From a virus: 64,000 nt of DNA. The stretch covers positions 32,001-96,000 of the IMG/VR virus record IMGVR_UViG_3300020061_000004; one strand, given 5' to 3'. Under the pieces are notes generated by a model that made no database searches, was not told where the DNA came from, and saw only the letters and a program-made list of their open reading frames with translations. The translations under genes and the position numbers were made by a program. Below are positions 49,293-57,313 of the stretch, one piece after another. How positions within the stretch are numbered: the stretch's first letter is position 1; the number at the start of each line of letters is the position of its first letter.

Positions 49293-49367
49293 TGGTAGAG
49301 ATACCAAGAATCAAACTTGGGTCTAGGGATTAGAAGGCCCTCGTTCTATTCATTGAACTACATCTCT
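49293..49367 (-). tRNA. trnR: tRNA-Arg (TCT)
   Basis: Loop CTTCTAA; encoded CCA. Confidence 0.88.
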
Positions 49368-49368
49368 A

Positions 49369-49444
49369 TGGAGGACACAGAAAGAGTCAAACTTTCGTTC
49401 CCTGCTTCGTAGGCAGGAGTTCTATTCAGCTGAACTATGCGTCC
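49369..49444 (-). tRNA. trnR: tRNA-Arg (ACG)
   Basis: CCTGC CTACGAA GCAGG; encoded CCA. Confidence 0.88.
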
Positions 49445-49515
49445 TAATACTGGGCCAGAGTATACAGGTTACTGTCCCTCTATGAATTTCACATAGTTAC
49501 CCCAGTAGAATACTG

Positions 49516-49588
49516 TCTCCCCGTTCGGAATCGAACCGAACCCCACGGTTTAAAAGACCGTTGCCTACAACCAGTTTGCTACAAGGAG
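49516..49588 (-). tRNA. trnK: tRNA-Lys (TTT)
   Basis: ACGGT CTTTTAA ACCGT; T arm TTCGG TTCGATT CCGAA. Confidence 0.88.
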
Positions 49589-49593
49589 TTTGT

Positions 49594-49633
49594 AAAAACA
49601 AAAACCCGAAGCTGCTAGTTGCGGCTCCGGGCT
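49594..49633 (-). terminator. Attenuator terminator in front of tRNA block 3
   Basis: CCCGGAGCCGC AACTA GCAGCTTCGGG TTTTTGTTTTT. Confidence 0.85.
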
Positions 49634-49655
49634 CTGTTAAAAGAAATTGTTAGTA

Positions 49656-49757
49656 TTATCCTAAATCAATATCTTGTAGACATATAGCTCCGGAGCCAGG
49701 TTTTCTTCCTGCCTCGCGAATAATTTCTATGCCACCGATATTGATAACTAAATTCAT
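49656..49757 (-). CDS. Leader peptide 3 (33 aa) MNLVINIGGIEIIREAGRKPGSGAICLQDIDLG
   Basis: ATG 4 nt after the -7 box; Ile/Gly/Glu/Arg/Lys run matches the downstream tRNAs. Confidence 0.85.
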   Translation of the reverse strand: MNLVINIGGIEIIREAGRKPGSGAICLQDIDLG

Positions 49758-49761
49758 AATG

Positions 49762-49793
49762 CAAAGATATGTTAAATATTTGAAACTACCAAA
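49762..49793 (-). promoter_or_regulatory. Bacteroidota-type promoter of tRNA operon 3
   Basis: TTTG-N20-TATCTTTG. Confidence 0.85.
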
Positions 49794-50026
49794 TCTTGTT
49801 TTAAAAAGGCTATTACTTCTTTAAGTTCTTGTTCAGGAGTAGATGGCCTTATCATAAATTCTCTTTCCCGATTTGTTACCATATATCCAAAAACATTTGA
49901 GGATGCTAGGAAACCCTTTGAAATATTAAGAAATGATGGAAGGTGTGTTCCAGACATAAATCCATAATCTCCTCTACTATGAGAGAGTCCTGTCTCCTTA
50001 TCTATATAAGCTAATACAGCATTCAT
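49772..50026 (-). CDS. Hypothetical protein
   Basis: 84 aa; coupled stop/start. Confidence 0.6.
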   Translation of the reverse strand: MNAVLAYIDKETGLSHSRGDYGFMSGTHLPSFLNISKGFLASSNVFGYMVTNREREFMIRPSTPEQELKEVIAFLKQDLVVSNI

Positions 50027-50310
50027 TATACAAAGATTAAACTACACAATGCTTTTGATATCCATACAATCTCACCTTTAACTGGTTCTTGATCAATCTC
50101 AATAGATATATGAGTGCCATCAATCCCTGCAAACTCTCCATTATCTAAGGGTGTCATATTCCAATGGCTTATCTCACGTTTATCATTGAGGATGGTATAA
50201 TAGCTACCATCCTCTTTTATTAATCTTATGCCGGGACAGAGATATTTCTTTGGAATATATCTATCCCTCCAATCTCCCTGTATCATCAGAGTCACTCGTG
50301 TGGGTCTCAT
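50026..50310 (-). CDS. Hypothetical protein
   Basis: 94 aa in the operon. Confidence 0.6.
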   Translation of the reverse strand: MRPTRVTLMIQGDWRDRYIPKKYLCPGIRLIKEDGSYYTILNDKREISHWNMTPLDNGEFAGIDGTHISIEIDQEPVKGEIVWISKALCSLIFV

Positions 50311-50334
50311 AACTAAAAAAAATTCGTTCGTACG

Positions 50335-50736
50335 TTAACTCAAATTATCACTATCCATACCAAGCCCGAAATCATCAATCGAATCTGGTTTGATGATAGT
50401 GTCATTAGACGCGCCTTCTCCAGATTTTTCTGTTATGAATCCGTGTATACTATACCCTGTAGCGGCTGTATAGATACGCTGAAACTCACTATAAGGCAAT
50501 GCCACTACAAAACTATCCCCGTCCTTAAAACGCACCGTTGTCGATTTTTTATCCTGGCTACGATTGAATCGAGAGATATCATTGATATCAAACGTCATAG
50601 GAGCATAGTCATAAAAGAACTCTGGTTGGAAGTTGTTCTGCTCTTCACCACTCAGAAGCTTCTTTAGTTGAAGTTCCTGATCGTCCTCTTTCTTAACACG
50701 CATCTCTGTCCATCTCACCTGCATTTCTACTATCAT
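50335..50736 (-). CDS. Hypothetical protein
   Basis: 133 aa in the operon. Confidence 0.65.
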   Translation of the reverse strand: MIVEMQVRWTEMRVKKEDDQELQLKKLLSGEEQNNFQPEFFYDYAPMTFDINDISRFNRSQDKKSTTVRFKDGDSFVVALPYSEFQRIYTAATGYSIHGFITEKSGEGASNDTIIKPDSIDDFGLGMDSDNLS

Positions 50737-50737
50737 A

Positions 50738-50953
50738 TTAATATACTTCTCCTATAAGTTTGTTTATTTTCTTCCTATCACCATTTGTTTTAGTTACAAT
50801 CTCCACTAAGGTTTCAAACCTGGAGCTTCTCAATACTAGAGGGGAAGTTCTATTAGAGAATAACAAGGGATAATGATCCCTTTCTACGGCTGCCCATTCC
50901 ATCTTATAGGCATTGTAGTTAAATACCCAATTGTGTAAATTACTTAGTTCCAT
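50738..50953 (-). CDS. Hypothetical phage protein
   Basis: 71 aa; WVFNYNAY..W.A segment. Confidence 0.65.
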   Translation of the reverse strand: MELSNLHNWVFNYNAYKMEWAAVERDHYPLLFSNRTSPLVLRSSRFETLVEIVTKTNGDRKKINKLIGEVY

Positions 50954-51119
50954 TTATATCTACTTTTGTTGTTGCTTTTAAATTCTCTACTGTCTTTATA
51001 TCTGCATCAGCTAACTCAGGGTGTTCTCGTAATGCTTTCTGCATTGCTTCTTCCCATTGTGCTGCTGTAAAGTTAACTCTTTTTTGTTTAGTAAACAAAT
51101 ATTTTTGCTTAATTTTCAT
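50940..51119 (-). CDS. Hypothetical protein (59 aa, not in ORF track)
   Basis: MKIKQKYLFTKQKRVNFTAAQWEEAM...; fills the operon gap. Confidence 0.55.
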   Translation of the reverse strand: MKIKQKYLFTKQKRVNFTAAQWEEAMQKALREHPELADADIKTVENLKATTKVDINGTK

Positions 51120-51270
51120 GTTTATATTTTTCGTTTAAATTATCTACAAACTCCTTTAATATCTTCTTAGGTATTTTAGGCCCATATTTTATATATAGTG
51201 CCCCCATACCTTCTAGCCATTCTGCTGTTAGTTTGGCTTCTTCAATACTTAGCCAAGATGTTTCATCCAT
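51109..51270 (-). CDS. Hypothetical protein (53 aa, not in ORF track)
   Basis: MDETSWLSIEEAKLTAEWLEG...; overlaps both neighbours. Confidence 0.55.
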   Translation of the reverse strand: MDETSWLSIEEAKLTAEWLEGMGALYIKYGPKIPKKILKEFVDNLNEKYKHEN

Positions 51271-52004
51271 TTTACTTCTTTTATAATTTCCCTCCAGCGT
51301 GTAGCTAAGAGGTTTGAATAAATACTATCATCAAGTCCATAGTTCCCAAGAGACCATCCATCATTACACTCTACCAATACTGTCTCTCCTGTAGATAGAA
51401 CACCAACATCCAGACTATATCCAGAAGGAGCTTCTGTATAAGCTGCTATCATCTTCATCACCTTCTCCTTATTGGGAGCTATAAAAGGATCACCAAGATA
51501 GTGCTTCATTCCCTTTAATACTCCATTGATGATATAGCATCTATATTCAGAAACGAAGTCTACCACTTCACTATAGAATATCTTTGTATCCTGAGGAATC
51601 TTACTGAAGTAAATAAGAGCATCTGTTGGTGTTTTAACTACTCCTGCTATAAACTCCTTAGCTTTTCCATCTGGCTTTACAAATAGAGGCCATTTACGCT
51701 GCTCACTATACCAAGTAATATCCTCCATTTTACCATTTCCTACTTCTCTTTTAAGGAACTCTTCTTTCCATAATTGGTAGGGAACATTAATAGCCTGCTT
51801 TGGTGGTAGTCCTATCTTCTCGAAATACTTATTGGTGGTTTCTATATAAGCTACAAGAATTACCCAAGGAGCTACAGGTACTTCATCAATATCCTCAAAG
51901 AATACTATATTAGCTTGCTTCCCTTTAAACCCCATATAGGCAGATACCATCCAGTCTGCGATTGGGAAGTTATTAAGACTCTCTATGTATATTTTATAAT
52001 CCAT
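51249..52004 (-). CDS. ATP-grasp domain protein (DUF4343 / R2K-like)
   Basis: LFVKP, SEVVDFVSEYRCY, YSLDVGV and LVECNDGWSLGNYG. Confidence 0.8.
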   Translation of the reverse strand: MDYKIYIESLNNFPIADWMVSAYMGFKGKQANIVFFEDIDEVPVAPWVILVAYIETTNKYFEKIGLPPKQAINVPYQLWKEEFLKREVGNGKMEDITWYSEQRKWPLFVKPDGKAKEFIAGVVKTPTDALIYFSKIPQDTKIFYSEVVDFVSEYRCYIINGVLKGMKHYLGDPFIAPNKEKVMKMIAAYTEAPSGYSLDVGVLSTGETVLVECNDGWSLGNYGLDDSIYSNLLATRWREIIKEVKWMKHLG

Positions 52005-52018
52005 TCTTTCTCAATATT

Positions 52019-52318
52019 TTATTTTCCATATCTCTGTTCATCTGGTGTTACTATAACTGTAAAGTTATTATATCTCAATGACTTAGATTCTATAGGAGCA
52101 TTAGTAGCCATCGCTCCATAATTATAATGTCGTTCTCCCTTAGTCATAATGTGCTCTATAAAGTCTGCTACAGAAGGCATATTCTTAGTAATAGTACTAA
52201 GCCTTGTCTGTATACTATCAAACACATTCTTGGAAATAATTTCCTGATGGGTGAGTGTATTAAGAACCAGTTGTATTTCTGTTACAGTCTGGTTGAGTTT
52301 ATCATATTTTGCTTGCAT
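52019..52318 (-). CDS. Hypothetical protein
   Basis: Start moved to MQAKYD (52318), just after the promoter. Confidence 0.6.
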   Translation of the reverse strand: MQAKYDKLNQTVTEIQLVLNTLTHQEIISKNVFDSIQTRLSTITKNMPSVADFIEHIMTKGERHYNYGAMATNAPIESKSLRYNNFTVIVTPDEQRYGK

Positions 52319-52322
52319 GTGG

Positions 52323-52354
52323 CAAAAATACAATAATAAGACATACTTTCCAAA
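52323..52354 (-). promoter_or_regulatory. Bacteroidota-type promoter at the start of the minus-strand arm
   Basis: TTTG-N20-TATTTTTG. Confidence 0.8.
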
Positions 52355-52497
52355 TTTTTTACTACCTATTTTTTAACAAGTATGGATGTAATACCTCTAC
52401 CTCACCAAGTGTATGGGTGCATATACCCAGTCTCAACAGCTCCCCCCCTTAAATCTAGCGGAGCGATAGTGCCCCGTACTTACACTAATACGTAATT

Positions 52498-52779
52498 ATG
52501 AACACGAAATTCACAGTCGTTGCATCTACAGCTAATCAGAAAGGTGGCTTTGTTTGGAAACTTACAGCTAATCAGGAAGTCACTGTCTTCGGTGTTAAGA
52601 AGCTCATCAGTCGCACATACTACATTGGTGGCATGCCTTCTGCTGCTGCTATTGGTGCTGTCATCGAGGAAGACATGGCGAAATTCGACGTCATTGAACG
52701 CGAGTTTCAGTTCCCTAATAAGGACACTGGCGAAGTGGAAACGATCAACCTGAAGTGGCTACACGCGAAAGCGATGTAG
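52498..52779 (+). CDS. Hypothetical protein, first gene of the plus-strand arm
   Basis: 93 aa, followed by a TTCG hairpin. Confidence 0.7.
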   Translation: MNTKFTVVASTANQKGGFVWKLTANQEVTVFGVKKLISRTYYIGGMPSAAAIGAVIEEDMAKFDVIEREFQFPNKDTGEVETINLKWLHAKAM

Positions 52780-53214
52780 CATCCCTTCGGGGAGGCTGCT
52801 TATACAATACCTCAGACTAGTGTGAGATATTTATAGGGTATTGCTCTATAAATACCTCATATCTGGGTGATGTATATACGCAGTATTTATACACTATTCA
52901 ATACCAGCTTGATTCTTTACGAGGACAGAAGTAGACAGCTTGACTGCGCATACCGTTAGTAAATACACTTATATATATGTATACAATCATCAATGGCTGC
53001 TTAATTCCTACTAAGGATGCAGCTGAATGGGACAAGAAATGACTAATATAATACACACATGATGAGAATTGTGTGTGTATTTTTCTTATTTCTATTGTCA
53101 TAACCAATTGATTGTCAGTGTGTTGATGAGATAGGTAGGTAAAATAGTATGTATTTGAGGATATATTTAACATTAGTATAAAACACATTCCTAATATTTA
53201 ATACTATTGCATTT

Positions 53215-53421
53215 ATGTCACAACATAACATTAATTGTCCTAAGTGTCATACTACTCATGAAGTAGATGTTCTTAGAAATGGTGGGATTGCTGGAGTTAT
53301 AGTTTCAGAACAATGTGGCTTTCAGACTAATAATAAAGCAGAGATTATGAAGTTATTAGGATTGGAAGAGATACATAGGCAGCGTGTTCGTGGTTATGAG
53401 ATACCAGCACAAGACTACTAA
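53215..53421 (+). CDS. Small putative Zn-ribbon protein
   Basis: INCPKCH...EQCGF. Confidence 0.55.
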   Translation: MSQHNINCPKCHTTHEVDVLRNGGIAGVIVSEQCGFQTNNKAEIMKLLGLEEIHRQRVRGYEIPAQDY

Positions 53422-53549
53422 GATATTTCAGGATCAGGTATTCATAGAGGATTTTATTGGACTTAAAGAGAGGGTATTTCTATACTCTCTCTATTTTTAC
53501 CTTCTTACATAGCATTTATTATCTTTTAATATCTAATACACACTTACAC

Positions 53550-53957
53550 ATGAACAAGGAATTTACACTTCAAAAGACCAATGATTTGAAAGCTGTTGAA
53601 ATAGTATTGATTGAGAATATCTATCTTGTATTAAAGAGGAGAGATGAACTCATCAAGCGAATTGTTAATCATGCAGATGATTACAAGAAGGTATTAGAAG
53701 CAGCTGAAGAATTGAGGCATATTGATCGCTATAATGGCACAATGGATAACATGAAGAATCAATTATTTGAATATGCTTCTGTTGAGACATTGAGAAAGAT
53801 AGTATATGAGGAGAAATTTGCTTCAGTATATAACTTTCAAGATCCATTTACTATTTCTAAGCTTGTGCTCAAAGAGTTTGGATATGGAAGTGAAATCAAG
53901 CAGAGCCATCCAAAAGCAGAAATAGCTAAGAAATTGGGTGCTAAAATAGTTATCTAA
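53550..53957 (+). CDS. Hypothetical protein
   Basis: Likely start MNKEFTL; followed by a terminator at about 53966-53993. Confidence 0.6.
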   Translation: MNKEFTLQKTNDLKAVEIVLIENIYLVLKRRDELIKRIVNHADDYKKVLEAAEELRHIDRYNGTMDNMKNQLFEYASVETLRKIVYEEKFASVYNFQDPFTISKLVLKEFGYGSEIKQSHPKAEIAKKLGAKIVI

Positions 53958-54012
53958 GGCATTAAATAGAGGGCTTGTCCCTCTATTCCTTTTGTAATCA
54001 AACGTTTACATC

Positions 54013-54228
54013 ATGAAACGTATTATATATAAGATTGGTGGTAGCCATATTGGCCATATGGATACAACAATGTATCATTATTGGATATCATACAATAATG
54101 GAGCTTATTTCTATCCTGTTCATTGTTCACATGAGCATTTTGCAATGCATATGCTGAATGTCTGGGATATGGCAGGATATAAGGTAGAATACATTGAACA
54201 TGGCATTCTAGCCACAGAAAAAGATTGA
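54013..54228 (+). CDS. Hypothetical protein
   Basis: 71 aa, His-rich. Confidence 0.5.
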   Translation: MKRIIYKIGGSHIGHMDTTMYHYWISYNNGAYFYPVHCSHEHFAMHMLNVWDMAGYKVEYIEHGILATEKD

Positions 54229-54417
54229 TTTCGGCCATCAATTCACAAGCATGTATTATTCCAGAAATGGTATAATATATGCTTTTACACTGTACACTAA
54301 TACTTAACATATGAATCCAAAACGCATTCTTGGATTGGCTTTCTTGGTATTATTCGTTTATTGGATAATATGCATGATGGCATAATCAGGACATTTGGGC
54401 GGACATCAACAGGACAG

Positions 54418-54461
54418 GGGAGGAAATGGCTATAAGCCGCAATAGTTTCCTCCCTATTTTT
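54418..54461 (+). terminator. Intrinsic terminator
   Basis: GGGAGGAAA...TTTCCTCCC TATTTTT. Confidence 0.7.
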
Positions 54462-54479
54462 AACTTTAAACTTTTAATC

Positions 54480-54809
54480 GTGATAATTATAAAGATTCAA
54501 TTGTTTTTTAATATTCTTTTTACTGTGTTAGTAGCTCTTGGTATTTATGTAGATATTCAGCATATTACATATATGTTGATATTTGATGCTATTATGGCAG
54601 GTATTTGTGTTTATAAATGGGTAGCTTATTCCAGGGATATTGCAGAGATTGAATTGGAGGCTGAGATGAATAAGTGTATGGTAAGCTTATTGGAAGATCA
54701 ACTTGCTATCACTGAGCGAATGTACAGGAATAAGTTTGAGGTATTTAAATCCTCTTTTAACCACAAAGAAAATTGTGGCTGTATTGTTTGTGCTATAGTA
54801 AAAGAGTAA
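54480..54809 (+). CDS. Two-TM membrane protein
   Basis: Hydrophobic N-half. GTG start chosen because the ORF-track start is inside the terminator. Confidence 0.5.
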   Translation: MIIIKIQLFFNILFTVLVALGIYVDIQHITYMLIFDAIMAGICVYKWVAYSRDIAEIELEAEMNKCMVSLLEDQLAITERMYRNKFEVFKSSFNHKENCGCIVCAIVKE

Positions 54810-55011
54810 TTAATTACACTTTATATGATCAAGGTACAATCTAGTACTTACCCTTCTCAGACTCTATCATTTAATGAGTGGATGCAACACATCTATAAGC
54901 TCTTAAATAATAGATAAATCATTGATAGTTAGTATATTATAAGGATATTACCGTTTGGTATGATCAAATAATATGCTGACTATTATATTTTTAACTCTAA
55001 ATTATTAGATC

Positions 55012-55182
55012 GTGTTAACAAAAATATTCATGTTTCTCATATTCTTAGGTATAGCTATTGCATTATGGCCAATTGCTAAGGATAATGGTGATGTTTGTGC
55101 TGTTCTTATTGTGGATGGTATTATTGATGCTTGTTTTCTCTATTTTATATTAGAGAGCATCGAGAAGAGATTTAAAATTTAA
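55012..55182 (+). CDS. Small membrane protein (56 aa, GTG start, not in ORF track)
   Basis: Two hydrophobic stretches by hand translation. Confidence 0.45.
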   Translation: MLTKIFMFLIFLGIAIALWPIAKDNGDVCAVLIVDGIIDACFLYFILESIEKRFKI

Positions 55183-55216
55183 GACATTCTATTTTTTCAT
55201 ATAACAATTTAATTTC

Positions 55217-55447
55217 ATGCCAGTCATTAAACAGGATCGTGTGATGCCATTTGCTTTTGTACATGCTAATGCTCCATTTGCATTTACCACTACTATTTAC
55301 AGTAAGTCTGAAGGTGTTGAAGAACCTAAAGAACACATCTTCTTTAAGAAGGGTGTTAATAAGGCTATTACATCAGACAAGCGTGTAGTAGTATATTTTG
55401 CACCTAATGATAATGTACAATTGTGCAAGTTGGAAAGGAACCAATAA
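55217..55447 (+). CDS. Hypothetical protein
   Basis: 76 aa. Confidence 0.55.
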   Translation: MPVIKQDRVMPFAFVHANAPFAFTTTIYSKSEGVEEPKEHIFFKKGVNKAITSDKRVVVYFAPNDNVQLCKLERNQ

Positions 55448-55477
55448 TTTCTTAACAATCTAAAATACCCAAAAGTC

Positions 55478-55618
55478 ATGAAAAAGCTTTTAATCTTTGT
55501 TATTATTGGCGTATTATTCACATCGTGTTATAGTTCAAAAAAGGACTATCGCTACACACCCATGCCCAGAAGTGGTAGAATGTGTGATTATGTTCATAAA
55601 CATTGGGTAGGTTTTTGA
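55478..55618 (+). CDS. Small lipoprotein (46 aa, not in ORF track)
   Basis: MKKLLIFVIIGVLFTS-C lipobox. Confidence 0.6.
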   Translation: MKKLLIFVIIGVLFTSCYSSKKDYRYTPMPRSGRMCDYVHKHWVGF

Positions 55619-55666
55619 TAAACTCGCGCCTAGAGTAAATCAATCTCTTACATCAATTTCTTTTTA

Positions 55667-55882
55667 ATGAACTATCATCCATCAACCGAAAAGGTGAGTA
55701 ATAACCCTAATTTAGGGTTTGCAATTAGTAAAGCATCACGGCAGCTTCATCCATGCAGAGTATATACAAAGGATGAATATCCATCATTACCTGAAACAAT
55801 GGTAAAGATTATATCTCAGGATGGGCGGAATATATTTCTGCCAGCGTCTAAGTTCAGCGAAATAAGCACAATGGACTTTTAA
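55667..55882 (+). CDS. Hypothetical protein
   Basis: 71 aa. Confidence 0.5.
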   Translation: MNYHPSTEKVSNNPNLGFAISKASRQLHPCRVYTKDEYPSLPETMVKIISQDGRNIFLPASKFSEISTMDF

Positions 55883-55926
55883 ACCTTATCCAATCATTTA
55901 TTTAATTTAAAACAAAAAACAAGAAC

Positions 55927-56496
55927 ATGGAAGCGACAAAATCATTATCGGCTCTTTTGAATAAGACAACCCCTGTAATTCTGGTAGCAAACGAAAACAT
56001 CGAAGGAAGTCCTCTGGTTACTCCTCTGATGGATAGCGTCACTAATCTGCCCAAAACGGATATGATGGGTAAAGCACTCGGCAGTATTCGTGTACAGCAG
56101 GAAACCACCTCTTTGGCTAATGGCTCTTTCTTGAATGTACGCAAGCGTGTTGCATTCATCAGCGGCTCTGTTGAACTGCTCACCGCTATTATCTCTGGTA
56201 ATGGCTTGAAAGCTGGTAGTGCATTGCCTGGAAAGATTGTTATCACTGAATCTCTGGAACCCTTCTGGAATGGCCAGAATCATAAGATCAACCCGCAGAC
56301 TGATGAACCCATTGGTGTTACCATCAATGACAAGTTCTATCCCGTCTATATGCGTATGTTGTATCAGGAAGATGGCAGCGGCAAGGATGTATTCATCCGC
56401 ACACCTGAAGAAGCTGTTAATTGGTTTGCATCCCGTACAGCACTCACTGCTCAGACAGCAGGAACTGTTGAAACGGCTAGCATGCCACAGGCTTAA
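55927..56496 (+). CDS. Conserved Bacteroidota-phage protein (possibly ssDNA-binding)
   Basis: 189 aa. IRVQQ...LPGKIVITESLEPF; A-rich leader and own terminator. Function tentative. Confidence 0.55.
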   Translation: MEATKSLSALLNKTTPVILVANENIEGSPLVTPLMDSVTNLPKTDMMGKALGSIRVQQETTSLANGSFLNVRKRVAFISGSVELLTAIISGNGLKAGSALPGKIVITESLEPFWNGQNHKINPQTDEPIGVTINDKFYPVYMRMLYQEDGSGKDVFIRTPEEAVNWFASRTALTAQTAGTVETASMPQA

Positions 56497-56530
56497 TTGA
56501 TATAAAATAAAGAACGTTCCGGCGGCATGG

Positions 56531-56566
56531 AGAAGAGCTAAGAAATTAGCTCTTCTTCTATTTTTT
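56531..56566 (+). terminator. Intrinsic terminator
   Basis: AGAAGAGCTAA GAAA TTAGCTCTTCT followed by a T tail. Confidence 0.8.
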
Positions 56567-56584
56567 AATTCGTAACAAAAACAA

Positions 56585-57313
56585 ATGAAAAAAGCAATTT
56601 TTCTTATATCCTTGTTGATAGGATCAATAATTGGATATTCTCAGACTATCACTACTGATAGTATCTTTACAGGTACTTCAATGAATGGTAGTATTATTAC
56701 CATCAAATCAGGTATTACTCTTACTTTCACTAAAGCAGTAGATATTACCGGCTGTACATTTACAATAGAACCAGGCGCTACTCTTACTTCTAACAATGCT
56801 CTTACACTCAATGGATCAACCTTATTTATTAGTGGTACATTACAAGCTACTAATACAACAATAAAGAGTAGTACAGTAACATTAGCAGGTTGTGCATTTA
56901 TTAATATTAAAAATCTTACAACTAATAGTAGTGATCAGTTAAGTGGGAGTGGATTGATAGTTGTTGCTAACGAATACAAGAATACTTCAAATCAAGGTCT
57001 TACTTTTAGTTCTACTATTTATATCAATACTAGTAATACTACGAATCTTGGAAATGCACAGCCTACTAATCAGACTATACCTGCCTGTAGTGTCACCACA
57101 CCTGTAGTATTTAGTGCAAGTCCTAAAGTAACAGCTATCTATGAGAACTATGTAACAGTAGAATTCAAGGTAGCTAATGAGGATCAGATTGCACGCTATA
57201 ATGTACAGTTTAGTCGGGATGGTGGTAAGACATGGGAAACAGTAGCCGTAGTAATACCTAATAATACCACATTGAACAAAACCTACTCTATTAACGTAAA
57301 TTTATACAAATAA
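56585..57313 (+). CDS. Secreted beta-solenoid-like protein with C-terminal Ig-like domain
   Basis: Signal peptide MKKAIFLISLLIGSIIGYS-Q; Thr/Ser/Gly-rich; YNVQFSRDGGKTW. Confidence 0.65.
   Translation: MKKAIFLISLLIGSIIGYSQTITTDSIFTGTSMNGSIITIKSGITLTFTKAVDITGCTFTIEPGATLTSNNALTLNGSTLFISGTLQATNTTIKSSTVTLAGCAFINIKNLTTNSSDQLSGSGLIVVANEYKNTSNQGLTFSSTIYINTSNTTNLGNAQPTNQTIPACSVTTPVVFSASPKVTAIYENYVTVEFKVANEDQIARYNVQFSRDGGKTWETVAVVIPNNTTLNKTYSINVNLYK

Noticed and set aside
47002-49588. CRISPR array or tandem repeat
   Set aside because: The periodic GC-rich units are distinct tRNA genes, not identical repeats with spacers.
47946-49793. T-box riboswitches as the control element
   Set aside because: The leaders are short, lack a recognisable T-box consensus or stem I, and contain ORFs with matched codon runs instead.
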